Below, in pieces: positions 37,401-46,513 of a DNA stretch of 64,000 bases; the first letter of the stretch is position 1; every line of letters starts with the position of its first letter. Origin of the DNA: Myxococcota bacterium. GTDB lineage: Bacteria; Myxococcota_A; Polyangia; Nannocystales; Nannocystaceae. The DNA lies in NCBI GenBank assembly GCA_039028615.1, contig JBCCHT010000027.1, positions 139,873 to 203,872 on the forward strand. The letters run 5' to 3'. The translations under genes were made by a program, and so were the position numbers. The notes beneath the pieces are model-generated. The model was not told the origin of the DNA. It was given only the letters and a program-made list of their open reading frames with translations, and did not search any database.

Positions 37401-37524
37401 CATCGCCCGTGACCTCGACCCAGATCGCGCCCCGGTGAGAGGGGCAACCTTGGACCGTGCCTCCGACCCCCGCCTCGGATCGGTGTTGGTGACTGACCTC
37501 GACTCCACAGCTCCGACACAGCAT
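34438..37524 (-). CDS. Large multidomain protein: beta-sandwich N-terminal domains plus C-terminal GT-B glycosyltransferase-like domain
   Basis: N-terminal TVQGCP...IWVEV...TDAVG carboxypeptidase-regulatory-like domain; duplicated module; GGPGSGHQAA and VFVTEGANTWQELLTVGTPSL. Confidence 0.65.
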   Translation of the reverse strand: MLCRSCGVEVSHQHRSEAGVGGTVQGCPSHRGAIWVEVTGDGTGVGDVEVRVAGQTKRTDAVGLVSVDPLDDGVYEVEVVSVPQPRRNAFELPHAARSPATVQTGEITFVRFALAPVVAARMQLAEPVAVVGGPRVKLTLGAEPTSPEGCTGTLRVTQGTDRIRLVRSGAALTLNGGAVTMESVPAGGLDLEIEAVDASELEGVKLQWTLESATHRVSGDAVGSLTVAKVELVAKTAAGLTLSPEVMHGAGGVVLRQNDDKTRARLQVTPRCLPAELPGQLRLTTVGDGIEIFEEKKGGEPLGSELLVDLGPDEVVPSYWLEGKVVSDAPRDNSFFVGLVGHLDEADELRLTVADVTLCVYGGTPGPSDPAQQLPEDEKRDPGRRLYQQNEDTWWWDRARVQLVKDPPDAPCSLRLRTDGPGAVRVFPETFDVNGNETPLQNHVEGEAPVDLPINLPADAIEDDEGISYWIEGQATTGEQRHELLVDIVDFEDAADVVEFRVTQPLDEYDRISVVDLGGPGSGHQAAVIKLLDGLARIGFGGEVVLTYNKRKTRIYARKFGVQEDLNDPVRSYALYHDEWNGQYPAGAAGRHQLQVRCRPVGELDLGLSGAEQRVFGENIQEFWTQHCWPGAQPQPFEEPRPAGFGGAAAEWGARHKWSGNHPRLQNNQEAWRDRVLRQDVSAVLAQYDQLLAIQPPVDRTLTAFGAMDLIAADHEEMAREDFAEAFFDRHWLPVLRRMTAEQHPAAMIFQPFLWRSGHVMQVRQDTVIDPVDVEDRVRDAGGTAVYRLALPPEDQDAAAIAAQDPVPRSVLTRARNTEIALVSAYFGGSVSQIDYAGLLRVMVRVAGRLQLAQPLVVALLGDEMRGVHDTVAAETTDGTVIARNDDAAADENVAVELVHIGRTNAMTQFQRHSSVFVTEGANTWQELLTVGTPSLSANPEGKTRPWIEPLTASGDRVREASEALIAAGRNLDDEGALQTVATFIEQALTLQSPVRQYFAEWAGLLADPRSDQVMMGVKFLPDPARLD

Positions 37525-37541
37525 GCTTGGCTCAACTCCGA

Positions 37542-37919
37542 TCACGCGCCGACCACAAACTCCACCACCGCTCGGCCTGCCGTACGCACCCGCAGCCGCT
37601 CCGCGAGCAGCTGCACCTTGAGGGTGCCGGGCAGTCGACGGTGCTCGAGCACCGAGCACGCCCACGCCCGCTCGGGGCTCCGTTCGAATCGGTCTCCGAA
37701 CTCGAGCAAGAGCTCGGCCAAAGTCACGAGGCTCTCCTCTCCTTGGATGCCGTGGTCGACCCCCGCTTCGATGGCCTCGACCACATGCCGTCGAAGTCCA
37801 TGCTCGCCGTCCCCCGCCGAACGACGCGGGTAACGCTCAGCCAAGTGCGTCTCGACGCGGTCGACATATCCCTCGAACTCGCCGAGAGCCAGCAGTTGTG
37901 CGCGACGAATCGTCAGCAT
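37542..37919 (-). CDS. Hypothetical protein of the 'MLTIRxxQ' type, recalled from secretion-system effector loci
   Basis: MLTIRRAQLLAL...HLAERYP...HGI; GAGG RBS; directly upstream of the large protein. Confidence 0.6.
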   Translation of the reverse strand: MLTIRRAQLLALGEFEGYVDRVETHLAERYPRRSAGDGEHGLRRHVVEAIEAGVDHGIQGEESLVTLAELLLEFGDRFERSPERAWACSVLEHRRLPGTLKVQLLAERLRVRTAGRAVVEFVVGA

Positions 37920-37973
37920 CGGAACACCTCGCCCCCGACAGTCCGGCGAGCGCCGATTTCAATTGCGTCGAAA

Positions 37974-38228
37974 ATGACCGAGCTGACGCTTTGTTCGAGA
38001 AGCGTCGAATTCGAGCACGTGTGGTCGCTCCTGACGGCGATCGAGAACGGGCGCACTACGGCGGAGCGCGTGCGGAGGGCGATGCCGGACCAAGAGGTCA
38101 CCATCGCGCGCAATCCGCACGCCCCCTCACTTCGGTGGTGGCGGAGCGGGATGGCATACCCAGCCCTTGGGAGCGCTCTCGTTCGGCGCCTCGTTGGCAC
38201 CAACCACGAGCCGCATGATGCTGCATGA
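37974..38228 (+). CDS. Small hypothetical protein or fragment
   Basis: ATG 37974 within ORF 37527; weak support. Confidence 0.3.
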   Translation: MTELTLCSRSVEFEHVWSLLTAIENGRTTAERVRRAMPDQEVTIARNPHAPSLRWWRSGMAYPALGSALVRRLVGTNHEPHDAA

Positions 38229-38534
38229 CGCGAGCAGCAGGACAGAGCAGGCAACGATGCGGACGCGGGCTCCTGCGACCCACAGCCTGGGAGGACTGGT
38301 CATGTGCGCCGATCTGTCGGTGGTCATGGCGTGGGCTCCCGGTAGAGACCGAGTCATGACGGTCAGTGACCGCCCAGGCGCAAACCGTCAGAGGATTCGG
38401 TTCCCAACACCGGCGTCGTACGCACCTTCCGACCCCGCAGCTCCACGAACCGGAGGCCTCCTCTTCTCCGATCGAGCGCGTACGGGTCCCGATTGCGTTC
38501 ACATCCGGGGTCGCTCGCACGTCAGTACCAGGAC

Positions 38535-39194
38535 GTGAAGCTCCCCGTACTGATCCATCGGGCCGTGGCGAGCGAGAGCCGAGCGTGGCGCGAGCTACAG
38601 GCGTCGCGGGTGGTGCGAACCCACCATCGACTGACGACGGCGACCTCTACCGAGTCGAAGCTGGATCGTGAGAAGCGAACCCTGACCGTCGACTTCCGAG
38701 ACGGAGCCGGCCGGAGAAGGACCAACCTGTTCGAGATCCTGGTGAACGCGTACCTGGTGGTCAATGGCCTCCGCCCCGCGTTTCTCATTCAGTGGATCGA
38801 CTACCAAGACTCCGACCGCGCGGAGGTACGGCGTCGAATCTTCGAGGTCCTCGACGGTTTTCCAGACAACACGTTCGTGTTCAAGGACATCGACCAGGGC
38901 ACCTTGGTCCTGGATGGCCGAGCGATCGAGACACTGTCCAAGCTGGTCTCGGTCTACGAAAAGACGAGCGACGACAAGGTCCTCGGCACGATCCTGGGGT
39001 ATCCGTGCGCAGGCGAGCTCAATGACACGACGGGCACGAGGCTGTTCCGGCACATCGTGACCAATGACGGGGGCGATGTGATGTCGAACATCTGCTCGAG
39101 TCGAGACTCGGCCGGCCGCTTCGACGAGTTCGCGAATACCGTGGTTCGATTCGCGCGCGACACACTGGGTGTCACGGTCCGTCTACAAGCCTGA
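38535..39194 (+). CDS. Hypothetical protein
   Basis: AGGA RBS before GTG; protein-like sequence (GLRPAFLI...LGTILGYPC). Confidence 0.6.
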   Translation: MKLPVLIHRAVASESRAWRELQASRVVRTHHRLTTATSTESKLDREKRTLTVDFRDGAGRRRTNLFEILVNAYLVVNGLRPAFLIQWIDYQDSDRAEVRRRIFEVLDGFPDNTFVFKDIDQGTLVLDGRAIETLSKLVSVYEKTSDDKVLGTILGYPCAGELNDTTGTRLFRHIVTNDGGDVMSNICSSRDSAGRFDEFANTVVRFARDTLGVTVRLQA

Positions 39195-39944
39195 GCCCGG
39201 GTCGCCCCCAAACTCGCGGCGGCCGACCACAATTGGCACGCGGCGCCCCTCGACGTGCAGCAGCGGATGGTCGCTCTTCGGCGTCCGCAGCTGTAGCTCA
39301 CCGTCGAGGACCTTCAGCGCACCCCGCTCCACGTACGCACGCAGCTCGAAGTCTCGATCTCCTTCAGCGGGACGCCAACCGCCGCCATCCAGGTCCTGGT
39401 ACTCCAAGGCACCACGCGCCCAAGGAGCGAAGCGATCGCGGGGCGGGGGCCGACGAGGCGCAAAGTAACCGATGGGATACGCGGTACAGCCGTTGTCCAT
39501 CCGTAGCTCGCGTACGACGGCGACGACCCCCGGCAGCGCCATCAGGCGTGGCACGACGAACGGGACCTCGGGGCCAGGATGCACGTCCAAGCGCCCGGCC
39601 CGATGGGCGTGGCCATGGTGATGCACCGCTCCCAGCACCCCCATGAAGTGCGGACAGCGACCGGGCTCCTTGGGTGCCACGAAATCGGGGTGCCACCACG
39701 GGCCGAAGAAGTCCGCGGCATCGAAGCGCTGTAGCGCAGGCTTGTCGCACAACGGGCAGCGGGACAGCGCGACGGTGGGTAGCGCTTCGGCGTAGCGCAG
39801 TTCGAGCGCGACCAGCTCGCGAAACGACCGAACACAGTGATGCTCGAAGGAGCCGTCCGTGGGCGTGGCGGCATTCATCCACCGCGAGTACGCCTGCGCC
39901 GATGCGGTGTACTCCGCGACCCACTGCTCGCGGTCGAGCTTCAT
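39183..39944 (-). CDS. Hypothetical Cys/His protein (253 aa), candidate immunity/accessory factor
   Basis: ATGA-coupled to the upstream gene; SRCPLC...GPWW...CPHF...PGPEVPFVVPRL. Confidence 0.65.
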   Translation of the reverse strand: MKLDREQWVAEYTASAQAYSRWMNAATPTDGSFEHHCVRSFRELVALELRYAEALPTVALSRCPLCDKPALQRFDAADFFGPWWHPDFVAPKEPGRCPHFMGVLGAVHHHGHAHRAGRLDVHPGPEVPFVVPRLMALPGVVAVVRELRMDNGCTAYPIGYFAPRRPPPRDRFAPWARGALEYQDLDGGGWRPAEGDRDFELRAYVERGALKVLDGELQLRTPKSDHPLLHVEGRRVPIVVGRREFGGDPGSGL

Positions 39945-41161
39945 CGTCGTGCCCCCAAGCCAGGATACAGCGCGTCCCAGTCGATGCCGCGCGCGAGGTA
40001 GAGCTCGCGCCACTCGTTCACCGTGTCGACGATCGTCCACTGCCCGGCCTGCCATACGCAGATCGGCAGCAGCACGTCGGGAACGATGGCCTCGCGCACC
40101 TCGGCCAGCCCCGCATCCAAGGCAGGATGCGTGAAGACGTTCGCCCCCAGCCGAGCGTTGAGCGAACCCGTGAGGCCACCGTGCCGGAGCGGCTTCCAAC
40201 GTTCGGCTTCGCCACGCCCCTTCGCTATGTAGTGACCGAGCAGCGTGTAGCTGTCGTGGATGTACTCGTCCGCCAGACCGCGCAGCATGAACCCCGAGGA
40301 CTCCGGCTCCACTCGGATTCCGTCGCGCAGCAGAGCTTGCACATAGCGCTGGTAGGTCCACCCGCGACCGCCCAGCCACGAGTTCAAGCGCGGGTCGTCT
40401 GGCGGAGCGCACAAGAAGCCCTCGCTCGGTCCCGCGGGAGCTCTGGGCGCGAACAGGAAGGGTGGCAAGGCATGGGCGCCGCGGGTCGGGAAGGCCTGGC
40501 AAGCGCCGAGCACCAGCGTCGGCAATCCGTCGGTGCGACCGAGCGCTTGCAGGAACGCGTACCCATCACGCAGCGTTCGCGGAGCCCAAGGGGCCACGAA
40601 GCCGCCGGGCGAATCGAAGGTCACGCGGCGGATCGTGGACCCGAGAAAATTGGCCCCGCGAAGATCGGCCTGCGTGAAGCCGACGCTATCCAGCTGCGAC
40701 TCGCGGAAGTCGGCGTCGACCACCGAGCTGTCGTGGAACGATGCGTTGCTCAGCCGAGCCCCTCGAAAATCGGCACCGTGGGCTCGGAGCGACATGAAGT
40801 CGCTTCGGGTGCCGAACTCGACGCCGCGAAACGATGTCTGGGCGGCGACGGCTTCCTGCCACGAGGTCTCGCTGAGGTCGGCGCGGTCGAACGACGCGAA
40901 CGATACGTCGCAGCGAAAGAAACTCGTTCCAGCGAGCCGCGCATCGGTGCCGTCGACGCCTCGAAGGTCGACCAGCGGCCCGCCTTCCTCGCCGGAGACC
41001 AGGCCGGCAGCGAACGGAAAGTCCCGCTGGAGCGCGACCAGCTCGTGGACCTCGGCATCCGCCCGGCTGACGCCGAGGTCTCGCAGGCGCTCCCAATGTC
41101 GCGTCCCGGCCTCGGTGCGCCACCGCTCGCGGAGCTGCTCGACTGTAGGTTCAGTGGTCAT
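39941..41161 (-). CDS. Pentapeptide-repeat protein (406 aa)
   Basis: DLRGV/ARLAG/ASFDR/ADLSE/ADFRG/ARLSN/ADFRE/ADLRG/ANFLG repeats; overlaps the toxin stop. Confidence 0.85.
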   Translation of the reverse strand: MTTEPTVEQLRERWRTEAGTRHWERLRDLGVSRADAEVHELVALQRDFPFAAGLVSGEEGGPLVDLRGVDGTDARLAGTSFFRCDVSFASFDRADLSETSWQEAVAAQTSFRGVEFGTRSDFMSLRAHGADFRGARLSNASFHDSSVVDADFRESQLDSVGFTQADLRGANFLGSTIRRVTFDSPGGFVAPWAPRTLRDGYAFLQALGRTDGLPTLVLGACQAFPTRGAHALPPFLFAPRAPAGPSEGFLCAPPDDPRLNSWLGGRGWTYQRYVQALLRDGIRVEPESSGFMLRGLADEYIHDSYTLLGHYIAKGRGEAERWKPLRHGGLTGSLNARLGANVFTHPALDAGLAEVREAIVPDVLLPICVWQAGQWTIVDTVNEWRELYLARGIDWDALYPGLGARR

Positions 41162-43220
41162 ACGGATAGATCTGGATCCGTCGTCCACGACGACCGATGC
41201 GGAACACGGCCACGATCTGCTCGGGAAACACCCGAGCCAGGATCGCGAACTCCGTCTCCCCGGTGGTGTCGATCCCAGCGAAGGGCCGCGAGGGGTCGGC
41301 CGAGGGCACGCGCCCTTCGAGCTCGCGGGCGACATCCCAGCCGTCGACGTTTCGGAGTTCGAAGACGAAGCCGCCCTCGTCGGCCAACCCTGCGGCCAGT
41401 CGGAAATCGCGGGTGGTCCCGCGAAACGCCGAGTCCGTGGCGCCACCCACCCGACCAGCGCCGAGCTGGTGCGCGAGCAGATCCATGTTGGACCCCCGCT
41501 CGGGCAAGCCGTTTTCGATCCAAGCTCGTATGGTCGCCTCGTCGACATCGGTCCCGTGAAAGACGTTGGAGCCGAGACGCGTGGGTGCGATCTCGGTCCC
41601 GTCGGGCAGCGTGGCCATGCGAACTTCGGGCGCGGCTCCGGCGGGCGGGCGGGTATGCACGGTGGTCCTGCGGCCTCCGTCGTCGGTGTGGCCCTCGCTG
41701 CCCGGCACTCGGTCGAGCTCGACCTCGGCGTCCTCGTCCGCGAGCTCCGAGCGACGTGTCTCGATGTCGCGCGCATCACCTTCGTTCGGCACATGGTTGG
41801 GCGGTCCGTCCAAGTCCCTCAGGTCTCGCCGAGAGCCCCGAAAGCTGAAGATCGCGAGCCCCCCGGCGGCCGCCTGATTCGCGAAGAGGCGAATCATCCG
41901 AAGCATACGGTCCTGGGGCGTGGCTCGAGGGTCTTCGAGAATCCGCTGATACTCCTCGTAGGTCTCGTACGCCAGCAGCAGGCCCTCGGAGACCGAGGTC
42001 GCACTCTCGGCCATCACCACGTACCGCAAGCGCGCGACGTCGGGCGTCCGCCCCGGAGCACTCACCATGGCGCGTCGCATCCATCGCGCTCCCGCCAGAC
42101 CGAGTAGGTTGCCCAACACGCCCACGAGATCGATCGAGTCGGTGGTGCTCCAGTTCCGCCCCTCCGTGACCCACCGCTGGTCGATGCTGATCACGCCCGC
42201 AAGCGAGCTGCTGCTCGTGGACACTACGAGCGCGCGTGCTGCCCACACCGCACGCCCGGCCAGGCCGAGCCCGAGCGAGACGGGCAAGAGCACCAGGCTC
42301 GCCCACGACAACCACCGGATCAGCGTGTCGGCATCGGTCTCGCCGTCGGTTCGGAAGCGGGTCTGGATCAACGGGGTCAGCTCCGTATCCGGGACTTCGA
42401 CCGAGATGAAGCCTTCGGCGTAGCGATTCCCCCGGTTCCAGCTCTGGATCGCTTCTCGAATGGCCGTGTGGTCGTCGTTGGCCTCCCCGTCGTGGAAGGA
42501 GTTGCCGACATTGCCGTCCCGCGACGAGTAGTCCACGAGGCGCCAGCGACGTCGATTCCCCCGCCTCCCCATCGGCGAAAGAAACACGTGGAGGGCCTTT
42601 TCCTGCTGGGTCTCGGTGTTGAGATACCGCGCCTGGATCGGGATCCGTTCGAAATCATCCGTCGGCTCGAACAGCTCCTCCATCCGCTCTTCCTGGCGCC
42701 GGAGCCAACGCATCGTCCGCTCGTGTGCTTCTCTAACGGTGCGGCCTACCCCTCCCTCTTCAGCGATCTTCTCGAGCAGACCGATGTGGTTCCTGAGAGA
42801 TTGCAGCTCGTCGGCGGGCTCCACCAACCCCTGCTCACGCATACGCCGGCCCATGGCATGCAGCGCGGGAACCAGCCCTACGGTCTGGAACGTGGTCGCC
42901 CAGTGGGCGCCGGGAGGCTCATTGTCCGTACGAGTGATCTTGCATGTGATCCGATGCCGGATGCTCGGCGGCGTCTCATCGGAGTCGGGGTCCTCGGCGT
43001 CCTCCCACGTGATCTCGAGACGGTTCCCCGCATACTCTCGCCGCCGCAGCGTGCTTTCCGAGAACGGAGTGATGATGAACCACTCGCGTCGGTATCCATC
43101 GGGCGAGTTCCGCGGAATCACCTGGGGCGGGTTCGTCAACGAATAGACGACCTTGGCCCCCGGGGTGACGAGCTCCTGGTTCGGCCGACGCAATAGCCGG
43201 GGTTCCCACGGAAAGGTCAT
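41151..43220 (-). CDS. Polymorphic toxin-like protein with hydrophobic helices and C-terminal ADP-ribosyltransferase-like domain
   Basis: C-terminal VFHGTD...GL...NMDLLAHQ...SAFRGTT...ETEFAILARVFPEQI resembles the scabin/pierisin/pertussis-S1 layout. Confidence 0.65.
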   Translation of the reverse strand: MTFPWEPRLLRRPNQELVTPGAKVVYSLTNPPQVIPRNSPDGYRREWFIITPFSESTLRRREYAGNRLEITWEDAEDPDSDETPPSIRHRITCKITRTDNEPPGAHWATTFQTVGLVPALHAMGRRMREQGLVEPADELQSLRNHIGLLEKIAEEGGVGRTVREAHERTMRWLRRQEERMEELFEPTDDFERIPIQARYLNTETQQEKALHVFLSPMGRRGNRRRWRLVDYSSRDGNVGNSFHDGEANDDHTAIREAIQSWNRGNRYAEGFISVEVPDTELTPLIQTRFRTDGETDADTLIRWLSWASLVLLPVSLGLGLAGRAVWAARALVVSTSSSSLAGVISIDQRWVTEGRNWSTTDSIDLVGVLGNLLGLAGARWMRRAMVSAPGRTPDVARLRYVVMAESATSVSEGLLLAYETYEEYQRILEDPRATPQDRMLRMIRLFANQAAAGGLAIFSFRGSRRDLRDLDGPPNHVPNEGDARDIETRRSELADEDAEVELDRVPGSEGHTDDGGRRTTVHTRPPAGAAPEVRMATLPDGTEIAPTRLGSNVFHGTDVDEATIRAWIENGLPERGSNMDLLAHQLGAGRVGGATDSAFRGTTRDFRLAAGLADEGGFVFELRNVDGWDVARELEGRVPSADPSRPFAGIDTTGETEFAILARVFPEQIVAVFRIGRRGRRIQIYPYDH

Positions 43221-44611
43221 GCCGCCCCTCCGCCCCGCTCGAGCCCCGCCTCGGCCAGCAGATGGCGAACGAGCCCGAGTTCTTCATCGTCGGCCACGGT
43301 GAGCCGAATGTCCTCCACCAGCCCCTCCCCGGAAAAGTCGTTGTAGTCGCGATCGTACGCTCCCTGCACCGCCTGCACGAGCTCGGGGCGCATGGAGAGC
43401 AGGTCGATGATGCTGCCCCGCTGCTCCTGCCCGAAGTCGTAGCGCAGCTGAGCCGCGACCCCTTTGATGAAGATGTCGTCGCGATCGGGGTAGCGCACCA
43501 AGTACCAGCCGGGTGGAGGGTCCATCACGTAGCCGACCCCGCGGGGCCCCAGCATGCCGCGCTGGGTGGACCCGTTCTCGAAATCGATCTCGAAGGCGGT
43601 GCCCCCGATGGGCAGCCCATCTTCCGTGATGAGCGAGACGTACAGCGGCTTCGCTGGTTGTACGGGCCACACATGCTCACGACCGGTAGACAGCCCGTGG
43701 AGCGCGAGGTCCCGCGGGATCCACAACACGCCCGGATCGGCGCGGTCGGTCAGGGCCGGCGCCCCATCGTCATCGAGGTCGACGCATCCGACCTCTTCCC
43801 GTAGCCGCTCCTGCACGATGTCCTCGTCGGTCGTCCCCCAGTTGAACTCCGCCAGGCGCTCCGCGGTGAGCCCGTGGGACTCCGCGATACCGTCGAGCGT
43901 CTCCCCCGTGCGGACGCGATGCGGAACGACCGAGATCAATGCCGGAGCGTCGCCGCCGGGCTTCTCGTCGTCGAGTGCTTCGTCGGGCGGCGGCCCGGAG
44001 GTCCGAACCAGCGCCGACGCCATGGTCACGCCCTCGTGTGCGCCCCTGACCGCACACGAGCCGCCCCGGATGCCATCGATGCGCACCTTGCCGTCCGCAT
44101 CCGTCTGTACGCTCTGCACCCGTCCGTCCGAGAGCGTCAGCTCGAGGGAGACTCCGGCCACGCCCACGCCCGTTCGTCGGTGCACCACCTGCAACGCAAA
44201 GAATGTGGTCTGCTGCTCCGCGGGCTCCTCCACGGGCTCGGTCTGCGCGACCTTCAGCGTGGGCGGCCTCGACTGGTCCTCGAAGACGAGGAAGGGCGGC
44301 ATGTGGTCGGAAAACGCATCCTGCCCGAGATAGCGACGCCACTGCCCTGGGGTCGCCCATGGCGATCGAAGGTGGCATGCGCTGGTCGGCGGGTGGCCGT
44401 CGTTGAGCACGAACTGCTCGAGCCGCTCGCGGAACCGCCAATCTCGCTGGTAGGCGAGTTCGACCTGCCACGCCGCTTGCAGCCCCGAAAGCCGCTTCCA
44501 TGCCTCGGGAAGGGCCTGTCCCGACGAGCGCCCCTGGAGGTCGGCGTTCCTGACGATGACGAAATCGGAAGGGCTGGAGCGGAAGCGCAGAGTCTCCAGG
44601 CGAAGCGACAT
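43217..44611 (-). CDS. LysM-domain protein with carboxypeptidase-regulatory-like domains (putative effector carrier)
   Basis: HRVRTGETLDGIAESHGLTAERLAEFNW LysM; TDADGKVRIDGI; ATGA overlap with the toxin gene. Confidence 0.8.
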   Translation of the reverse strand: MSLRLETLRFRSSPSDFVIVRNADLQGRSSGQALPEAWKRLSGLQAAWQVELAYQRDWRFRERLEQFVLNDGHPPTSACHLRSPWATPGQWRRYLGQDAFSDHMPPFLVFEDQSRPPTLKVAQTEPVEEPAEQQTTFFALQVVHRRTGVGVAGVSLELTLSDGRVQSVQTDADGKVRIDGIRGGSCAVRGAHEGVTMASALVRTSGPPPDEALDDEKPGGDAPALISVVPHRVRTGETLDGIAESHGLTAERLAEFNWGTTDEDIVQERLREEVGCVDLDDDGAPALTDRADPGVLWIPRDLALHGLSTGREHVWPVQPAKPLYVSLITEDGLPIGGTAFEIDFENGSTQRGMLGPRGVGYVMDPPPGWYLVRYPDRDDIFIKGVAAQLRYDFGQEQRGSIIDLLSMRPELVQAVQGAYDRDYNDFSGEGLVEDIRLTVADDEELGLVRHLLAEAGLERGGGAA

Positions 44612-44719
44612 CGGCGTTGATCCAATACCATACCGATCGATGCAAAGCCGTCGAGGCGAACCGGACCCCCCCACGACGCTCGTTTGACATCCGGCCTCCC
44701 GCCGGTCAGGTTTTCGGCC

Positions 44720-45130
44720 GTGTCCGAGAAATCCATCCTGGCCGAGCTGGAGGCCCGCGCACAGACAGACCCGCACGCGTGCTACCAGCTGGCAGAGGCC
44801 CTGCTCACCGGTGACCACTGGGGCGTGACGATCACCAAAGACGAGCCGCGCGCAGCCCACTGGTACGGCAAAGCAGCTGAAGCGGGGCACCGAGACGCCC
44901 TGTACGAGCTCGGCTTCATGCACCTGCTGGGCGAGGGCATTCCCCACAACCCGGCCCGTGGCGTCGAGCTGATGATCGCCGCCGCCGAGCACGACTACGA
45001 TGTACCCATGCGTGTGCTGGCCGACAGCTTCCGCACGGGCCAGTTCGGGGTGACCCCCGACGAAGCGCTGGCCAAGAAGTGGGCGGACCGGCTGGAGGCC
45101 CACCGCCGCGCGAACCCATCCGGCGACTGA
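44720..45130 (+). CDS. Sel1-repeat protein
   Basis: AAHWYGKAAEAGHRDALYELGFMHLLGEGIPHN. Confidence 0.85.
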   Translation: MSEKSILAELEARAQTDPHACYQLAEALLTGDHWGVTITKDEPRAAHWYGKAAEAGHRDALYELGFMHLLGEGIPHNPARGVELMIAAAEHDYDVPMRVLADSFRTGQFGVTPDEALAKKWADRLEAHRRANPSGD

Positions 45131-45233
45131 CGGTACGAGCGCGGCCGAGCCGTTGCGGCCTCGTCCGGGACTCCAAATGCTCTATGGGGTGACGAGGCCA
45201 GAAGGGGTTGCGGGCCCAAGCGACGCGATGGCG

Positions 45234-45944
45234 CTACGCCTCTTCGTCGACCTCTTCGATGGTCATCCGATATTCGATCATCATTTGCCCCCCGTCGTAG
45301 CTGGGGAACCGGTAGTCGTACATGGCCTGACGAGCGCAGGCGACCACGCTCGGATGATCGAGCCCGGGCGAGGGCTGCACCGAGACGGCCGCGACCCGCC
45401 CGTTGGGGCTGAGCTCGAAGTCGAAGTCGAGATCGCCACCACCGCTGAGTCGAGACCCGTCTTCGTAGCAGGCGGCCAGATCGACACATGCGAAGATCTG
45501 CCCCTGCACTCCCATGAGGTGTTGGTGCAGGTCGACGTCTTGGAGGCGCTGGTTGCCCCGGTTCATGTTGGAGGCTCGGTTGCGGCCGGCGTTGAACTCG
45601 GGGATGGTGCTGTCGACCAGGGTCTCGACGGCGGGGACCTCGTGCGGGAGATAGGGACAGCCCTCGGGCAGCTCGGTGTAGCTCGCGGCCGCCTCGCTGT
45701 GCTGGCGAATGGTGGAGGACTCGAACAGCTCGTTACAGTCCTCGGCCGGATTGCAGCCGGGATCGACCCAGGCGGACGACGGCTCTACCGTCGCCTCTTG
45801 CTGCCGATTGCAGCCGATCAGCGTACCGCCCACGGTCGCGACGACCATCAACATCGTTGTCACGCGCGTCATCGAAGCCAAAACCACCACAACCATGGCG
45901 CGAGTCGAGGGCCCGGTCGAGCTTTTGACACAGCAAGCGATCAT
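45234..45944 (-). CDS. Lipoprotein with AgmX/PglI C-terminal (TonB-C-like) domain
   Basis: LIGC lipobox; ACYE...G...FELSPNGRV...VVACA...FP; start probably downstream of 45944. Confidence 0.65.
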   Translation of the reverse strand: MIACCVKSSTGPSTRAMVVVVLASMTRVTTMLMVVATVGGTLIGCNRQQEATVEPSSAWVDPGCNPAEDCNELFESSTIRQHSEAAASYTELPEGCPYLPHEVPAVETLVDSTIPEFNAGRNRASNMNRGNQRLQDVDLHQHLMGVQGQIFACVDLAACYEDGSRLSGGGDLDFDFELSPNGRVAAVSVQPSPGLDHPSVVACARQAMYDYRFPSYDGGQMMIEYRMTIEEVDEEA

Positions 45945-46021
45945 TCTCGTAGGAGGCTGTGGGATGCCTCCTCCTCACGATCTGAACTCTTCGTAGGAAC
46001 GCTGACGACCTCGGCGCGGCC

Positions 46022-46399
46022 TCAGCGGAACAACCATTCCCGGGCCGCGTCTTCGCTCGTGAAGATCTTGGTCTCCACGGGCGGGCGGTTGAGCTTGACG
46101 AAGAGATTGCCCGCGATCGCCGTCACCGTGCTGCCCTGCAGGAGCGCCACTCGGGTGGACAGATGCGCCGCGTCTTCTCCAGCGTACAGCGCCCTCGCCT
46201 CCGCGCTGATCGACGCGGGCTCGCGAATGTCGACCATGAGCGGATAGCGTCCGCCCTGATTGACGGTGGCAATATTCTCCAGGCTCACGCGTGCCGCGGC
46301 GGCATCGACGGTCGCGTAGCGCTTGATCTTCTGGACGGTCAGTCCGCCTTCTCGCCACGTCTCGAAGCACTCGGATTCCACCCGCTCCCCCGAACTCAT
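46022..46399 (-). CDS. STAS/SEC14 (SpoIIAA-like) domain protein
   Basis: LMVDIRE...SAEAR...RVALL...TKIFTSEDAAREWL. Confidence 0.7.
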   Translation of the reverse strand: MSSGERVESECFETWREGGLTVQKIKRYATVDAAAARVSLENIATVNQGGRYPLMVDIREPASISAEARALYAGEDAAHLSTRVALLQGSTVTAIAGNLFVKLNRPPVETKIFTSEDAAREWLFR

Positions 46400-46513
46400 G
46401 GCCCATAGGATACCAATCACGATGGTGTTGGGATCATCGGGTGCCGCTCGTCGCGAAGGAGGCCCAGTGCGATATCGACCCCAAAGCTCTACTTGTCGGA
46501 GTCGATGCCACAC

